Source of the DNA: Alphaproteobacteria bacterium
GTDB taxonomy: Bacteria; Pseudomonadota; Alphaproteobacteria; Bin95
Direction of reading: 5' to 3'
Length of the DNA stretch: 64,000 nt
Assembly: GCA_964291285.2 (NCBI GenBank)
Contig: OZ219787.1
Span: 480,001-544,000, forward strand
Position numbers and translations under genes: made by a program. Of this stretch, positions 27,152 through 36,505 are shown piece by piece. The notes beneath the pieces were generated by a model. It was not told the DNA's origin and ran no database searches. It saw only the letters and a list, made by a program, of their open reading frames with translations. Position 1 is the stretch's first letter. Each line of letters starts with the position of its first letter.

Positions 27152-28318
27152 CTACCGCAGCGAACTTCCGAACAGGTCGCGGGCGACGATGTGGCGCTGG
27201 ACTTCGTTCGGGCCTTCGCCGATGCGGCGGATGCGCATTTCGCGGTACCAGCGCTCGAACGGCAGGTCCTTGGTGACGCCGTAGCCGCCATGGATCTGCA
27301 TCGCCCGGTCCACCACCCGGCCCGACGCCTCGGTCGCCACGATCTTGGCGAGCGCGGAGTCGGTGCGGAAGGGCTCGCCGCGCCGCGCCTTGTCGGCAGC
27401 GGCAAGCGTGATCCAGAGCGACTGGCGGATGTCGATCTCGTTCTCCACCACCATCCACTGGATTCCCTGGCGATGCGCCAGCTTGTCGCCGAAGGTCTCC
27501 CTTATCCCGGCATATTCGACCGCCAGTTCCTGCGCCTTGACGGCGACGCCGATGCAGGTGGCCGCATAGGGGATGCGCTGGCGCGACACGCGGTCATTGG
27601 CGATGGCGAAGCCGCCATTCACCTCTCCCAGCACATTGGCGTGCGGCACCCGCATGTCCTCGAATTGCAGCTCTGTCGCATAGCGCGCCGCGCGCAGCGT
27701 GTGGACGATGCGCCGCACATGGAAGCCCGGCGTGTCCGTCTCGACGATGAAGCAGGTGACGCCGGCCCGCCCCTTGCCCGGGTCGGTGCGGGCGAAGACG
27801 AGGCCGAAATCCGCCCGGTCGGCACCGGAGATGAACATCTTGGCACCGTTGATGACCCACTCGTCGCCGTCGCGCACCGCGCGGGTCTGGATGGCGCGGG
27901 CCGGGTCCGAGCCGCCGGAAGGCTCCGTCAGGCCGAAGAAGGTCTTCTTCTCGCCCCTCAGCATCGGAAAGAGGAAGCGCCGCTTCTGGTCGTCATTGGC
28001 CTCGAACATCTGCGCCAGGCCCGCGCCGCCGAACACGTTGTAGCAGGGCGCGTAGAGGCCCGCGCGGTGCTGCGACATCTCGATGGCGAGCAGGGTGCGG
28101 GTCATAATATCCACGTCCGGCCCCCCGAATTCAGGCGGAATGTCGAGTCCGTAGAGACCCATCTCCGCTACCCGGCCGGCAAGGCGCTCATGGTCCTCCG
28201 GCGGCAGGCTGTCGGCGTCGGGGTCCAGGTCATCCTCCAGCGGCACGATCTCCTCGCGCACGAAGCGGCGCACCTGGTCCACGATCAGTTTCTGCTCGTC
28301 GGTAAGAGACAGGTCCAT
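27152..28318 (-). CDS. Acyl-CoA dehydrogenase
   Basis: FGLTEPSGGSD, INGAKMFIS, QIHGGYG and RIGEGPNEV. Confidence 0.93.
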   Translation of the reverse strand: MDLSLTDEQKLIVDQVRRFVREEIVPLEDDLDPDADSLPPEDHERLAGRVAEMGLYGLDIPPEFGGPDVDIMTRTLLAIEMSQHRAGLYAPCYNVFGGAGLAQMFEANDDQKRRFLFPMLRGEKKTFFGLTEPSGGSDPARAIQTRAVRDGDEWVINGAKMFISGADRADFGLVFARTDPGKGRAGVTCFIVETDTPGFHVRRIVHTLRAARYATELQFEDMRVPHANVLGEVNGGFAIANDRVSRQRIPYAATCIGVAVKAQELAVEYAGIRETFGDKLAHRQGIQWMVVENEIDIRQSLWITLAAADKARRGEPFRTDSALAKIVATEASGRVVDRAMQIHGGYGVTKDLPFERWYREMRIRRIGEGPNEVQRHIVARDLFGSSLR

Positions 28319-28361
28319 AAGTCTTGCGCTTTCCTGATTCCGAAAATTCTGTCGGGGCCCG

Positions 28362-28697
28362 TCAGGCCGGACTGAGCCGCCCGAGGCCCTCGCCGTCCTC
28401 CCGCGGGTTCCACGCCGGCAGCCCGCCATGGTCGGCGCGGTAGGCCATCATCAGCTCGAGCCAACGGGTGCGCGGCTGGTGGTTGACCTCCAGGCGGAAG
28501 AACAGCCCCTCGCCGCGCTCCTCCAGTTCGCGCCCGAGCTCGCCGCGCAGGCCGAACAGCGAGCGGGCATCGACCCTGTGGATGGCCCGCACCGTCGCGC
28601 CGTCGTCGGAGAGCTGATAGATGCCGAGCTGGCCGCTGAGCCCGGCCACGGCCTCCGCGTCGAGCCGCCGCCAGGGCTTGTCGAGTCGCACGGCCAT
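28362..28697 (-). CDS. Small hypothetical protein with a degenerate GIY-YIG-like N-terminus
   Basis: LGIYQL motif and LP.WN near the C-terminus; abuts the enoyl-CoA hydratase stop. Confidence 0.65.
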   Translation of the reverse strand: MAVRLDKPWRRLDAEAVAGLSGQLGIYQLSDDGATVRAIHRVDARSLFGLRGELGRELEERGEGLFFRLEVNHQPRTRWLELMMAYRADHGGLPAWNPREDGEGLGRLSPA

Positions 28698-29453
28698 CTA
28701 TTCCCCGGTGAAGTTGGCCGGGCGCTTCTCCAGCCGCGCCGCGATGCCTTCCTTCGCGTCTGCGGAAAGGCGGACGGTGCGCAGCACGGGCAGCAGATCC
28801 TCATGCGGCGTCGCGTCGCGGAAGGCCATTTGCCGGAGCATGACGGCCTTCATCGCCTTCATCGCGAGCGGCGCATTGGCGGCAAGGCGCCGGGTGACGG
28901 CCTCGACCGCCGCTTCCAGCCCGGCGTCGGGCACCGCCTTGTAGATCATGCCAAGCGCATGCATCCGCGCGGCCGGCAGCGGGTCGCCGAGCAGCAGCAT
29001 TTCGCGCGCCGCAACGGGACCGCCGGTCTCGACGATCTTCTTGGCGAGGAACCAGGTCGGCACCAGCCCGATCTGGGCAAGCGACATGCCGAAGCGCGCG
29101 CTCTCCGCCGCCACCACAAGGTCGCAATGCAGCGCCAGCTCGTTGCCGCCCGCGATCGCATCGCCGTGCACGACCCCGACCACGGGCAGGGGATAGTGCT
29201 GCACGGCGTCCAGAACCGCCTCGATCGGGCTTTCGGTGTCGAGCGTGCCGGCCCGCTCCCGCAGGTCCATCCCGGCGCAGAAGACCGGCCCCTCGGCGCG
29301 GATCACGGTCAGCCGCTCGGCGCTCTCCGGCTCGCTCCGGAAGGCGGCGAGGAGCGCGTCGAGCATCTCGCGGTTGAGCGCGTTGCGCTTTTCCGGGCGG
29401 TTCAGGCGCACGGTACGCACCGGACCCTCGCGTTCGACCAGGACAATCGGCAT
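28698..29453 (-). CDS. Enoyl-CoA hydratase/isomerase family protein
   Basis: LNRPEKRNAL, FCAGMDL, AIAGGNELAL and EKRPANFTG. Confidence 0.9.
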   Translation of the reverse strand: MPIVLVEREGPVRTVRLNRPEKRNALNREMLDALLAAFRSEPESAERLTVIRAEGPVFCAGMDLRERAGTLDTESPIEAVLDAVQHYPLPVVGVVHGDAIAGGNELALHCDLVVAAESARFGMSLAQIGLVPTWFLAKKIVETGGPVAAREMLLLGDPLPAARMHALGMIYKAVPDAGLEAAVEAVTRRLAANAPLAMKAMKAVMLRQMAFRDATPHEDLLPVLRTVRLSADAKEGIAARLEKRPANFTGE

Positions 29454-29551
29454 CGATTCCTCGAATTGTCATTTTTTCGGCTGGAAAGTCTTGCACGGGC
29501 GCGCGCACTATCCAACCATGCCCCGCTTTGGGGAGAAGCAGGGGACATGGC

Positions 29552-29968
29552 ATGAAACCATCGCTGGCGCCCGACCTGAAAAGCGTCCGCCGGTTCGATG
29601 TCACGGCGGACCAGACCATCGATTTCATGGGCGAGGACCTGCGGGTGCTGGCGACGCCGTTCATGCTGGCGCGGGTGGAGCAGACCTGCCGCGACCTGGT
29701 GGTGTCCCATCTCGACGACGGCGAGGACACGGTCGGCATGCGGGTGGAGATCGACCATCTGGGGCCGACGCTCGCCGGCATGTGGATCGAGGTCTCGGCC
29801 CGCGTCCTGACGCTCGACGGCCAGCGTATCGAGCTCGCCGTAGACATTTGCGATGCGCTCGGCCAGGTCGGCCGCGCCCGCCATACCCGGTTCGTCATCG
29901 ACAAGGGCCGCCAGCGCGAGCGCCTTGCCGCCCGCCGGGCCAAGGCGGAGGCCGCCGGCGCGCTCTAG
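29552..29968 (+). CDS. FlK-like hotdog-fold thioesterase
   Basis: VLATP, E (VEQTC) and H (IDHLGPT) triad. Confidence 0.85.
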   Translation: MKPSLAPDLKSVRRFDVTADQTIDFMGEDLRVLATPFMLARVEQTCRDLVVSHLDDGEDTVGMRVEIDHLGPTLAGMWIEVSARVLTLDGQRIELAVDICDALGQVGRARHTRFVIDKGRQRERLAARRAKAEAAGAL

Positions 29969-30273
29969 CGGTCGAGAACCGACTCGAACCCTTCGAATTG
30001 CGGATGGCCGAGATAGAGGTCGCGCCGGCCGCCGGCGCCCGCATGGGCCTTCCGGAACGCTTCCGACCGCGTCCAGTCGGTGAAGGCGTCCCGGTCGCGC
30101 CAGATCGAGTGCGAGGCGTAGAGCGTGTGGTCTTCCTCCTCCGGTCCCCTGAGGAGGCGGAATTCGACGAACCCCGGCACCCCGTCGAGATGGGAGTTGC
30201 GCTCCGACCAGAGCTGCTCGAAATCCGCCTCGCGCCCGCGCACGATGCGAAAGCGGTTCATTGCAATGAACAT
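29965..30273 (-). CDS. ABM-domain monooxygenase (IsdG/HmuQ-like heme-degrading family)
   Basis: MFIAMNRF, W...SEAFRKAH and GHPQFEGF. Confidence 0.88.
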   Translation of the reverse strand: MFIAMNRFRIVRGREADFEQLWSERNSHLDGVPGFVEFRLLRGPEEEDHTLYASHSIWRDRDAFTDWTRSEAFRKAHAGAGGRRDLYLGHPQFEGFESVLDR

Positions 30274-30405
30274 CGCCTTCCCGTCCTTCCCCGCCGCCAC
30301 CGACGTCGGGGCAAGAATACCCGGCTGCACCGGCAGGGGAAGCCGCGTTGCAGGCCTATCGGCGGCTGCCTATGATGCGCGGCTTCCTGCTAACGGCCCG
30401 TTCCC

Positions 30406-32265
30406 ATGCTGACCTCGCTCCGAAAAGGCGCCGCTTCCTGGCTCGCCAAAATCCTCTTTGCCCTGCTCATCCTGAGCTTCGCCGCGTGGGGCGTCGGGGA
30501 CTACCTGTCGCCGGAAGTGGACGACGCCGTGGCGACGGTCGGCGAGTCCGAGATCGGCGCCGAGGAGTTCAGGCGCGAATACTCCCGCCAGTTCAATGAA
30601 TGGCGCCGGCGCCTCGGCGGCAACATCACCCCGGAAATCGCCGCACAGCTCGGCCTGCCCCAGGAGGTGCTCCAGGCGACGGTCCGCCGCCGGCTGGTGG
30701 AGCTCGAGGCCGGCCGGCTGGGCCTTGCGGTCGGGGACGGCCAGGTCCGCCGCACTATCGAGGAGGATCCGAATTTCGGCGGCCGTCTCGGCGGCTTCGA
30801 CCGTGCGCTCTTCGAGCGGGTCCTGCTGACCAACGGGCTGAGCGAGGGCGAGTTCGTCGCCATGCTGCGCCGCGACATATCGAGGCGCCAGGTTGACCGT
30901 TCGGTCGAACGCAATGTCCGCGCGTCGCGGAGCATGGCAGAGGCGGTGCACCGCTACCGGAACGAGAGCCGCAGGGCGGTGCTGATCCGGGTGCCGGAGG
31001 CCACCGCCCTCCCGGAAGACCCGGGCGAGGGAGAGTTGCGCGCCTGGCACGAGGCGAACCGGGACAACTTCATGGCGCCCGCCTACCGGGCCGTCACGGC
31101 GATCGTGCTCGACCCCGACCGGTGGCTGGACCGGGTGGACGCCGACCCCGTCCTGGCGCGGGAGGCCTATGAGGCGCGCATCGCGGACTTCACCGTGCCG
31201 GCGACCCGGCGCGTCCGACAGGTGCTCTTCGACGGCGAGTCGAAGGCGCAGGAGTTCATGACGGCGCTGGCCACCGGTGCCGAACTGGAACGGGCGGCCG
31301 GGAATATCGGAGCCGCAGTCAGCGACCTCGGCCCCGTTTCCCGCAATCAGCTGCCTCAGCCGGCCCTGGCCGAGGCGGTGTTCTCCCTCGGGGAAGCGGG
31401 CATAGCGGGCCCGGTGGAGACGCCGCTCGGCTGGCATGTGCTGGCCGTGGACCAGATCGCAGAGGAAAATGTGATCCCGTTCGAGGACGTGAAGGAAGGC
31501 CTGGAACGGGAGGTCGCGCGCGAGATCGCGATCGAGCGGCTGGCGGACCTGGCGAACGACCTGGACGACCAATTGGGCGGCGGCGCGACCTTCGAGGACG
31601 CGGCGCGCGCGCTTGACCTGCCCCTGCTGACGATCGCGGCCGTGGACGCTTCCGGCCGCGACCGCGCCGGCCAGCAGCCGGAGGGCCTGCCGGCCGAAGC
31701 GAACTTCCTGCGGACAGCCTTTTCCACGCCCGTGGGCGAAGACAGCCTTCTCGGCGAACTCGGGGATGGCGGCTATTTCGTGCTCCGGGTGGAAAGCGAG
31801 ACGCCGCCGGCCGTGCGCGGCTTCGAGGAAGCGAAGCCGCTGGTGCTTTCGGCCTGGCGCAGGGAGCGGCTCGACGAAGCGGCGAAGGCAAGGGCCGATG
31901 CCCTGGCGGAGAAGCTGCGCGAGGGCCGCACGCCCGCCTCGGTCGCCGGCGGGCTCGCGGTGACCGAAACCGGGCCGTTCACCCGCACGGAGGCCGAGCC
32001 GGATTCGGGCCGGTCCCGCGAGGTCGTCGAGGCGGTATTCGCGGCGGAGCAGAGCGAGGTTGTCGTGGCGCGCGCCGGCGACGGCTATGCGGTCGCGGTC
32101 GTCGGCAGCATCGAGCCTCCGCCTTATTCCGAGCAGGAGGTCGAGGCGATAAGGGAGCAGCTTTCGGCCGAAATGGTCGAGGATGTCCGGCAGCAGTTTC
32201 ACGCTGCGCTGCAGGACCGGTTCGGGGTCGTGGTCAACCGCGATCTGCTCGCCCAGTTCAACTGA
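30406..32265 (+). CDS. ppiD: PpiD-like periplasmic folding chaperone (SurA N-terminal plus rotamase domains)
   Basis: N-terminal TM anchor LILSFAAWGVGD and GPVETPLGWHV; directly upstream of trpE as is usual in alphaproteobacteria. Confidence 0.85.
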   Translation: MLTSLRKGAASWLAKILFALLILSFAAWGVGDYLSPEVDDAVATVGESEIGAEEFRREYSRQFNEWRRRLGGNITPEIAAQLGLPQEVLQATVRRRLVELEAGRLGLAVGDGQVRRTIEEDPNFGGRLGGFDRALFERVLLTNGLSEGEFVAMLRRDISRRQVDRSVERNVRASRSMAEAVHRYRNESRRAVLIRVPEATALPEDPGEGELRAWHEANRDNFMAPAYRAVTAIVLDPDRWLDRVDADPVLAREAYEARIADFTVPATRRVRQVLFDGESKAQEFMTALATGAELERAAGNIGAAVSDLGPVSRNQLPQPALAEAVFSLGEAGIAGPVETPLGWHVLAVDQIAEENVIPFEDVKEGLEREVAREIAIERLADLANDLDDQLGGGATFEDAARALDLPLLTIAAVDASGRDRAGQQPEGLPAEANFLRTAFSTPVGEDSLLGELGDGGYFVLRVESETPPAVRGFEEAKPLVLSAWRRERLDEAAKARADALAEKLREGRTPASVAGGLAVTETGPFTRTEAEPDSGRSREVVEAVFAAEQSEVVVARAGDGYAVAVVGSIEPPPYSEQEVEAIREQLSAEMVEDVRQQFHAALQDRFGVVVNRDLLAQFN

Positions 32266-32289
32266 CCGGACGACCGGATAGCGCCAGCC

Positions 32290-33843
32290 ATGCTCGAGCC
32301 TGCCGACTTTCCCTCCTTCGAGGCCCGCTACCGGTCCGGCCGCGCGCAACTGGTCTGGACCACCCTGGTCGCGGACCTCGAAACGCCGGTCTCGGCGATG
32401 CTCAAGCTGTCCGCCGGGCGGGCCAATTGCTTCCTGCTCGAATCGGTCGAGGGCGGCGCGATCCGCGGGCGCTACTCCTTCATCGGCCGGGATCCGGACA
32501 TCGTCTGGCGCTGCCGGGGCGACAGGGCCGAAATCAACCGTGACGCGCTCGCCGACCCGGACCGGTTCGAGCCCTGCGGCAAGGGCGCCCTCGAGTCCCT
32601 TCGCGACCTGGTCGAGGAGTGCCGCATCGACGACCTGCCGGAAGACCTGCCGCCGATGGCGGCCGCGCTCGTCGGATATATGGGATACGACATGGTGCGG
32701 CTCATGGAGCATCTGCCGGACGAGCCGCCCGACCCCGTGGGCATTCCGGACGGGCTGTTCCTCCGCCCGACCATCATGGCGGTGTTCGACCTGATCGAGG
32801 ACCGCATCTCGCTGGTGACGCCGGTCTGGGCAGAGAACGGCATGACGGCCGAGACCGCGTGGCTGCGCGCCGAAGAACGCCTGGCGGCGGCCCTGGCCGA
32901 CCTCGAGGGGGCGGCCGTGGACCGGCGCGAGAGCGCACCCGCCGCACTACCCGATGCAGCGCCGCGCTCCAACATGACGCGGGAACGGTTCCACGAGGTC
33001 GTGGCGACGGCACGGGACTACATCCACGCGGGAGACGCCTTCCAGATCGTGCCGGCGCAGCGCTTCTCCATGGACTTCACGCTCCCGCCCTTCGCGCTCT
33101 ACCGCGCGCTGCGCCGCCTCAACCCCTCGCCCTTCCTGTTCCATCTCGATTTCGGCGCGTTCTCCATCGTCGGCTCCAGCCCGGAAATCCTGGTGCGGGT
33201 GCGCGACGGGCGCGTCACCATCCGGCCGCTGGCCGGAACCCGCCCCCGGGGCCGGGACCCCGCCGAAGACCGCCTCCTTGCGACCGAGTTGCTGAGCGAC
33301 CCGAAGGAGGTCGCCGAGCACCTGATGCTGCTGGACCTCGCCCGCAACGATGTCGGGCGGGTGAGCCGCATCGGCAGCGTCGAGGTCACGGAGCAGTTCG
33401 AGATCGAATACTACTCCCACGTCATGCATATCGGCTCCGAGGTGCAGGGCGACCTGGACCCGCGCTACGACGCCATCGGCGCGCTGGTCGCGGGCTTCCC
33501 GGCGGGCACCGTCTCCGGCGCGCCGAAGGTGCGCGCCATGGAAATCATCGACGAGCTCGAGCCCGAGAAGCGCGGCATCTATGCCGGCTGCATCGGCTAT
33601 TTCGCCGCGGACGGCTCGATGGACACCTGCATCGCGCTGCGCACGGCGCTGGTGAAGGACGATGTGCTCTATGTGCAGGCGGGCGTGGGCGTCGTCGCCG
33701 ACAGCGACCCGGAGACGGAGTACCGGGAAAGCTGGGACAAGGCCCGCGCGCTGATGCGCGCGGCGGAGGAGGCGGTGCGATTCGCGTCCCATGCGCGGCC
33801 TTCGGGAGCCAATCTTCCGGATTCGGCGTTGAACCCGGGCTAG
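32290..33843 (+). CDS. trpE: Anthranilate synthase component I
   Basis: DLETPVS, LLESVEGG, NPSPF, PLAGTRPRG, EHLMLLDLARND and GTVSGAPKVRAM. Confidence 0.96.
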   Translation: MLEPADFPSFEARYRSGRAQLVWTTLVADLETPVSAMLKLSAGRANCFLLESVEGGAIRGRYSFIGRDPDIVWRCRGDRAEINRDALADPDRFEPCGKGALESLRDLVEECRIDDLPEDLPPMAAALVGYMGYDMVRLMEHLPDEPPDPVGIPDGLFLRPTIMAVFDLIEDRISLVTPVWAENGMTAETAWLRAEERLAAALADLEGAAVDRRESAPAALPDAAPRSNMTRERFHEVVATARDYIHAGDAFQIVPAQRFSMDFTLPPFALYRALRRLNPSPFLFHLDFGAFSIVGSSPEILVRVRDGRVTIRPLAGTRPRGRDPAEDRLLATELLSDPKEVAEHLMLLDLARNDVGRVSRIGSVEVTEQFEIEYYSHVMHIGSEVQGDLDPRYDAIGALVAGFPAGTVSGAPKVRAMEIIDELEPEKRGIYAGCIGYFAADGSMDTCIALRTALVKDDVLYVQAGVGVVADSDPETEYRESWDKARALMRAAEEAVRFASHARPSGANLPDSALNPG

Positions 33844-33891
33844 AATCGGGAGTAACCGGAGGCGGAACCGTTTCGACCCGAACGCAGGCGC

Positions 33892-35850
33892 ATGGCCAAT
33901 CTCTTCCAGCAAGCCGCAGTCGAAAGCGACTATACCGCCGAGCATGTGGAGGTACTCGAGGGCCTTGAGCCCGTCCGGCGGCGGCCCGGCATGTATATCG
34001 GCTCGACGGACGAAACCGGGCTCCATCACCTCGCCGCCGAGCTGCTCGACAACGCCATGGACGAGGCGATCGCCGGGCATGCGGACCGCATCGAGTTCTC
34101 GCTGGACGGCGAGGGCTGGGTCGAGGTCCGCGACAACGGGCGCGGCATCCCGGTGGACCCGCACCCCAAGTTCAAGGGCCGCTCGGCGCTGGAAGTCATC
34201 CTCACGACCTTGCACTCCGGCGCCAAGTTCGACGACCGGGCCTACCGGGCGGCGGGCGGCCTGCACGGCGTCGGCGTATCGGTCGTCAACGCGCTCGCCG
34301 CCGAGCTCGTGGTGGAAGTGGCGCGGGACCGCATATTGTGGCGGCAGAGCTATGCCAGGGGCGAGCCGGTCTCCAAGCTGGAGAAGGTGGGGATTTCCCG
34401 CAACCGGCGCGGCACCACGGTGCGCTTCCGGCCCGACCCCGGGATTTTCGGCAAGGCCGCCCGGTTCCGGCCCGAGCGGCTGTTCCGCATGGCGCGTTCC
34501 AAGGCCTGCCTGTTCGGCGGCGTGCGCATTCTCTGGCGCTGCGACGCCGGCCGGCTGCCTGCGCACTCCGAGGTGCCGGCGGAGGCGGAGCTGCATTTCC
34601 CGGGCGGGCTCGCGGACTTCCTCGACCTTTCGACCGGGGAGCGGCGGCGTATCGCCGACAGGGCCTTTACCGGCGCGGTGGAATTCCCGGGAGACGCCGG
34701 CAGGGTCGAATGGGCGATTGCCTGGCTCGCCGACAATGAGGGGTTTTCCCACACCTACTGCAACACCATCCCGACGCCGCTCGGCGGCAGCCATGAAGCA
34801 GGCCTGCGCCAGGCGTTGATGCGCGGCCTGCGCGCCCACGGGGAGCGCGCCGGCAACCGCAAGGCCGTCAAGGTCAATGCCGACGATGCAATGGGCGGGG
34901 CGGGCGTCATGCTGTCCGTCTTCATCCGCAACCCGCAATTCCAGGGCCAGACCAAGGAAAGGCTGGAAAGCCCGGAGACGCAGCGCCTGGTCGAGCTGAC
35001 GATCAAGGACCGCTTCGACCACTGGCTCGCCGCCGACACGGGCGCCGCCGATGCGATCGCCGCCTTCGCCGTCGAGCGCGCCGAAGACCGGCAGCGCCGG
35101 CGCGAGGAGCGCGACCGCAAGCGCAAGGCCAATGGCAGCGGGCGGGTGCGCCTGCCCGGCAAGCTCACCGATTGCTCCCGGCGCGAGCGCGACGGCACGG
35201 AGATTTTCCTGGTCGAGGGCGATTCCGCCGGCGGCTCGGCGAAGCAGGCCCGGCAGCGGGAGACGCAGGCGATCCTGCCGCTGCGCGGCAAGATCCTGAA
35301 TGTGGCGAGCGCCACGGACGACAAGCTGCGCGGCAACCGCGAGATCGCGGACCTGAAGCTCGCGCTCGGATGCGGCACCGGCGAGGACTATCTCGACGAC
35401 GAGCTGCGCTACGAGCGCGTCATCATCATGACGGACGCGGATGTGGACGGCGCGCATATCGCGTCGCTGCTGATGACCTATTTCCTGCGCGAGATGCCGG
35501 CGCTGATCGAGAAGGGCCGCCTCTACCTGGCGCGGCCGCCGCTCTACCGGCTGGGCGCGGGCGGAACGACCGCCTATGCCCGCGACGACGCCCACCGCAT
35601 CGAACTGCTGGAGTCGGTCTTCAAGGGCAAGCGCAAGGTCGAGGTCTCGCGCTTCAAGGGCCTCGGCGAAATGCCGCCGGGACAGTTGCGTGAAACCACC
35701 ATGGACCCCGACCGCCGCAGCCTGCTGCGGGTGGAGTTCGAGCCGGAGGAGTCGCTGGAAACCGTCGAGCGCCTGATGGGCCGCAACCCCCGCCACCGCC
35801 TCGCCTTCATCCAGGAAAACGCCGAATTCGCGGGCGAGCTGGACGTCTGA
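33892..35850 (+). CDS. parE: DNA topoisomerase IV subunit B
   Basis: EGLEPVRRRPGMYIG, EGDSAGG, PLRGK, MTDADVDG and RFKGLGEM; 652 aa, without the proteobacterial GyrB insertion. Confidence 0.93.
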   Translation: MANLFQQAAVESDYTAEHVEVLEGLEPVRRRPGMYIGSTDETGLHHLAAELLDNAMDEAIAGHADRIEFSLDGEGWVEVRDNGRGIPVDPHPKFKGRSALEVILTTLHSGAKFDDRAYRAAGGLHGVGVSVVNALAAELVVEVARDRILWRQSYARGEPVSKLEKVGISRNRRGTTVRFRPDPGIFGKAARFRPERLFRMARSKACLFGGVRILWRCDAGRLPAHSEVPAEAELHFPGGLADFLDLSTGERRRIADRAFTGAVEFPGDAGRVEWAIAWLADNEGFSHTYCNTIPTPLGGSHEAGLRQALMRGLRAHGERAGNRKAVKVNADDAMGGAGVMLSVFIRNPQFQGQTKERLESPETQRLVELTIKDRFDHWLAADTGAADAIAAFAVERAEDRQRRREERDRKRKANGSGRVRLPGKLTDCSRRERDGTEIFLVEGDSAGGSAKQARQRETQAILPLRGKILNVASATDDKLRGNREIADLKLALGCGTGEDYLDDELRYERVIIMTDADVDGAHIASLLMTYFLREMPALIEKGRLYLARPPLYRLGAGGTTAYARDDAHRIELLESVFKGKRKVEVSRFKGLGEMPPGQLRETTMDPDRRSLLRVEFEPEESLETVERLMGRNPRHRLAFIQENAEFAGELDV

Positions 35851-35927
35851 GCGGTCTTCTGTCCTCAAAAGTTGCTTGGGAAACCCGTTTTCGCCCGTGT
35901 ATCAGAACAAACAGGAAATTGGTTCCG

Positions 35928-36497
35928 TCACTCTTGGGTTGTGTATTGACGTTTGATTCTTATTCGCCGAAGAATTTCCCTCTTTATTGCGTCTAAAGCA
36001 TAGTAAACACTCCCACCTCTAATGGTTGCAATAATCTTCTGCCCATCAATTTGAGAACGATAATTTCCATCGGGAGGGCATCGCTCACAAATGAAGTAGA
36101 TCTCACCCAACCCGTTCACAGTAACTAACTGCGCATCGCAAATCGGACAAAATGCGCAGAGGTTCGATATCTCGTTCCTGTTCCATGTCCAACGCCATCT
36201 TGCTCCATCTATCATGTCTTCCTTATATTCCAGAAATTCCGGCCCTGAATCGACACGACAAGCATTGCGTATCACAAAGAATAGCAACACAAGACCGGAT
36301 ATAGAGAAAATTACCATGATAGCAATTACGATTCCTGGAATACTGTGATCTGCCACTGCTTGCACATAAATCCAAATCATAATTCTCCAAATAAAAAATA
36401 AAAATTCTGCGAACAATTCATAAATCATGGTAAAGTATTTCAAAATTAATCCCGCAATAACTGCCCCCGATACCGCAATAATAATTCCTTTTCTCAT
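35928..36497 (-). CDS. Low-GC hypothetical membrane protein with C-terminal Zn-ribbon-like motif
   Basis: Two to three N-terminal hydrophobic segments and CPIC...CERC. Markedly AT-rich. Starts 8 bp after the RM gene stop. Confidence 0.75.
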   Translation of the reverse strand: MRKGIIIAVSGAVIAGLILKYFTMIYELFAEFLFFIWRIMIWIYVQAVADHSIPGIVIAIMVIFSISGLVLLFFVIRNACRVDSGPEFLEYKEDMIDGARWRWTWNRNEISNLCAFCPICDAQLVTVNGLGEIYFICERCPPDGNYRSQIDGQKIIATIRGGSVYYALDAIKREILRRIRIKRQYTTQE

Positions 36498-36505
36498 GGT
36501 TGAAT

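Noticed and set aside
33892-35850. gyrB
   Set aside because: Length and motifs (GLEPVRRRPGMY, no large insertion) fit parE.
35851-35927. att site or tRNA target for the RM islet
   Set aside because: No tRNA, integrase or matching direct repeat near 43.4-44.0 kb found by eye.
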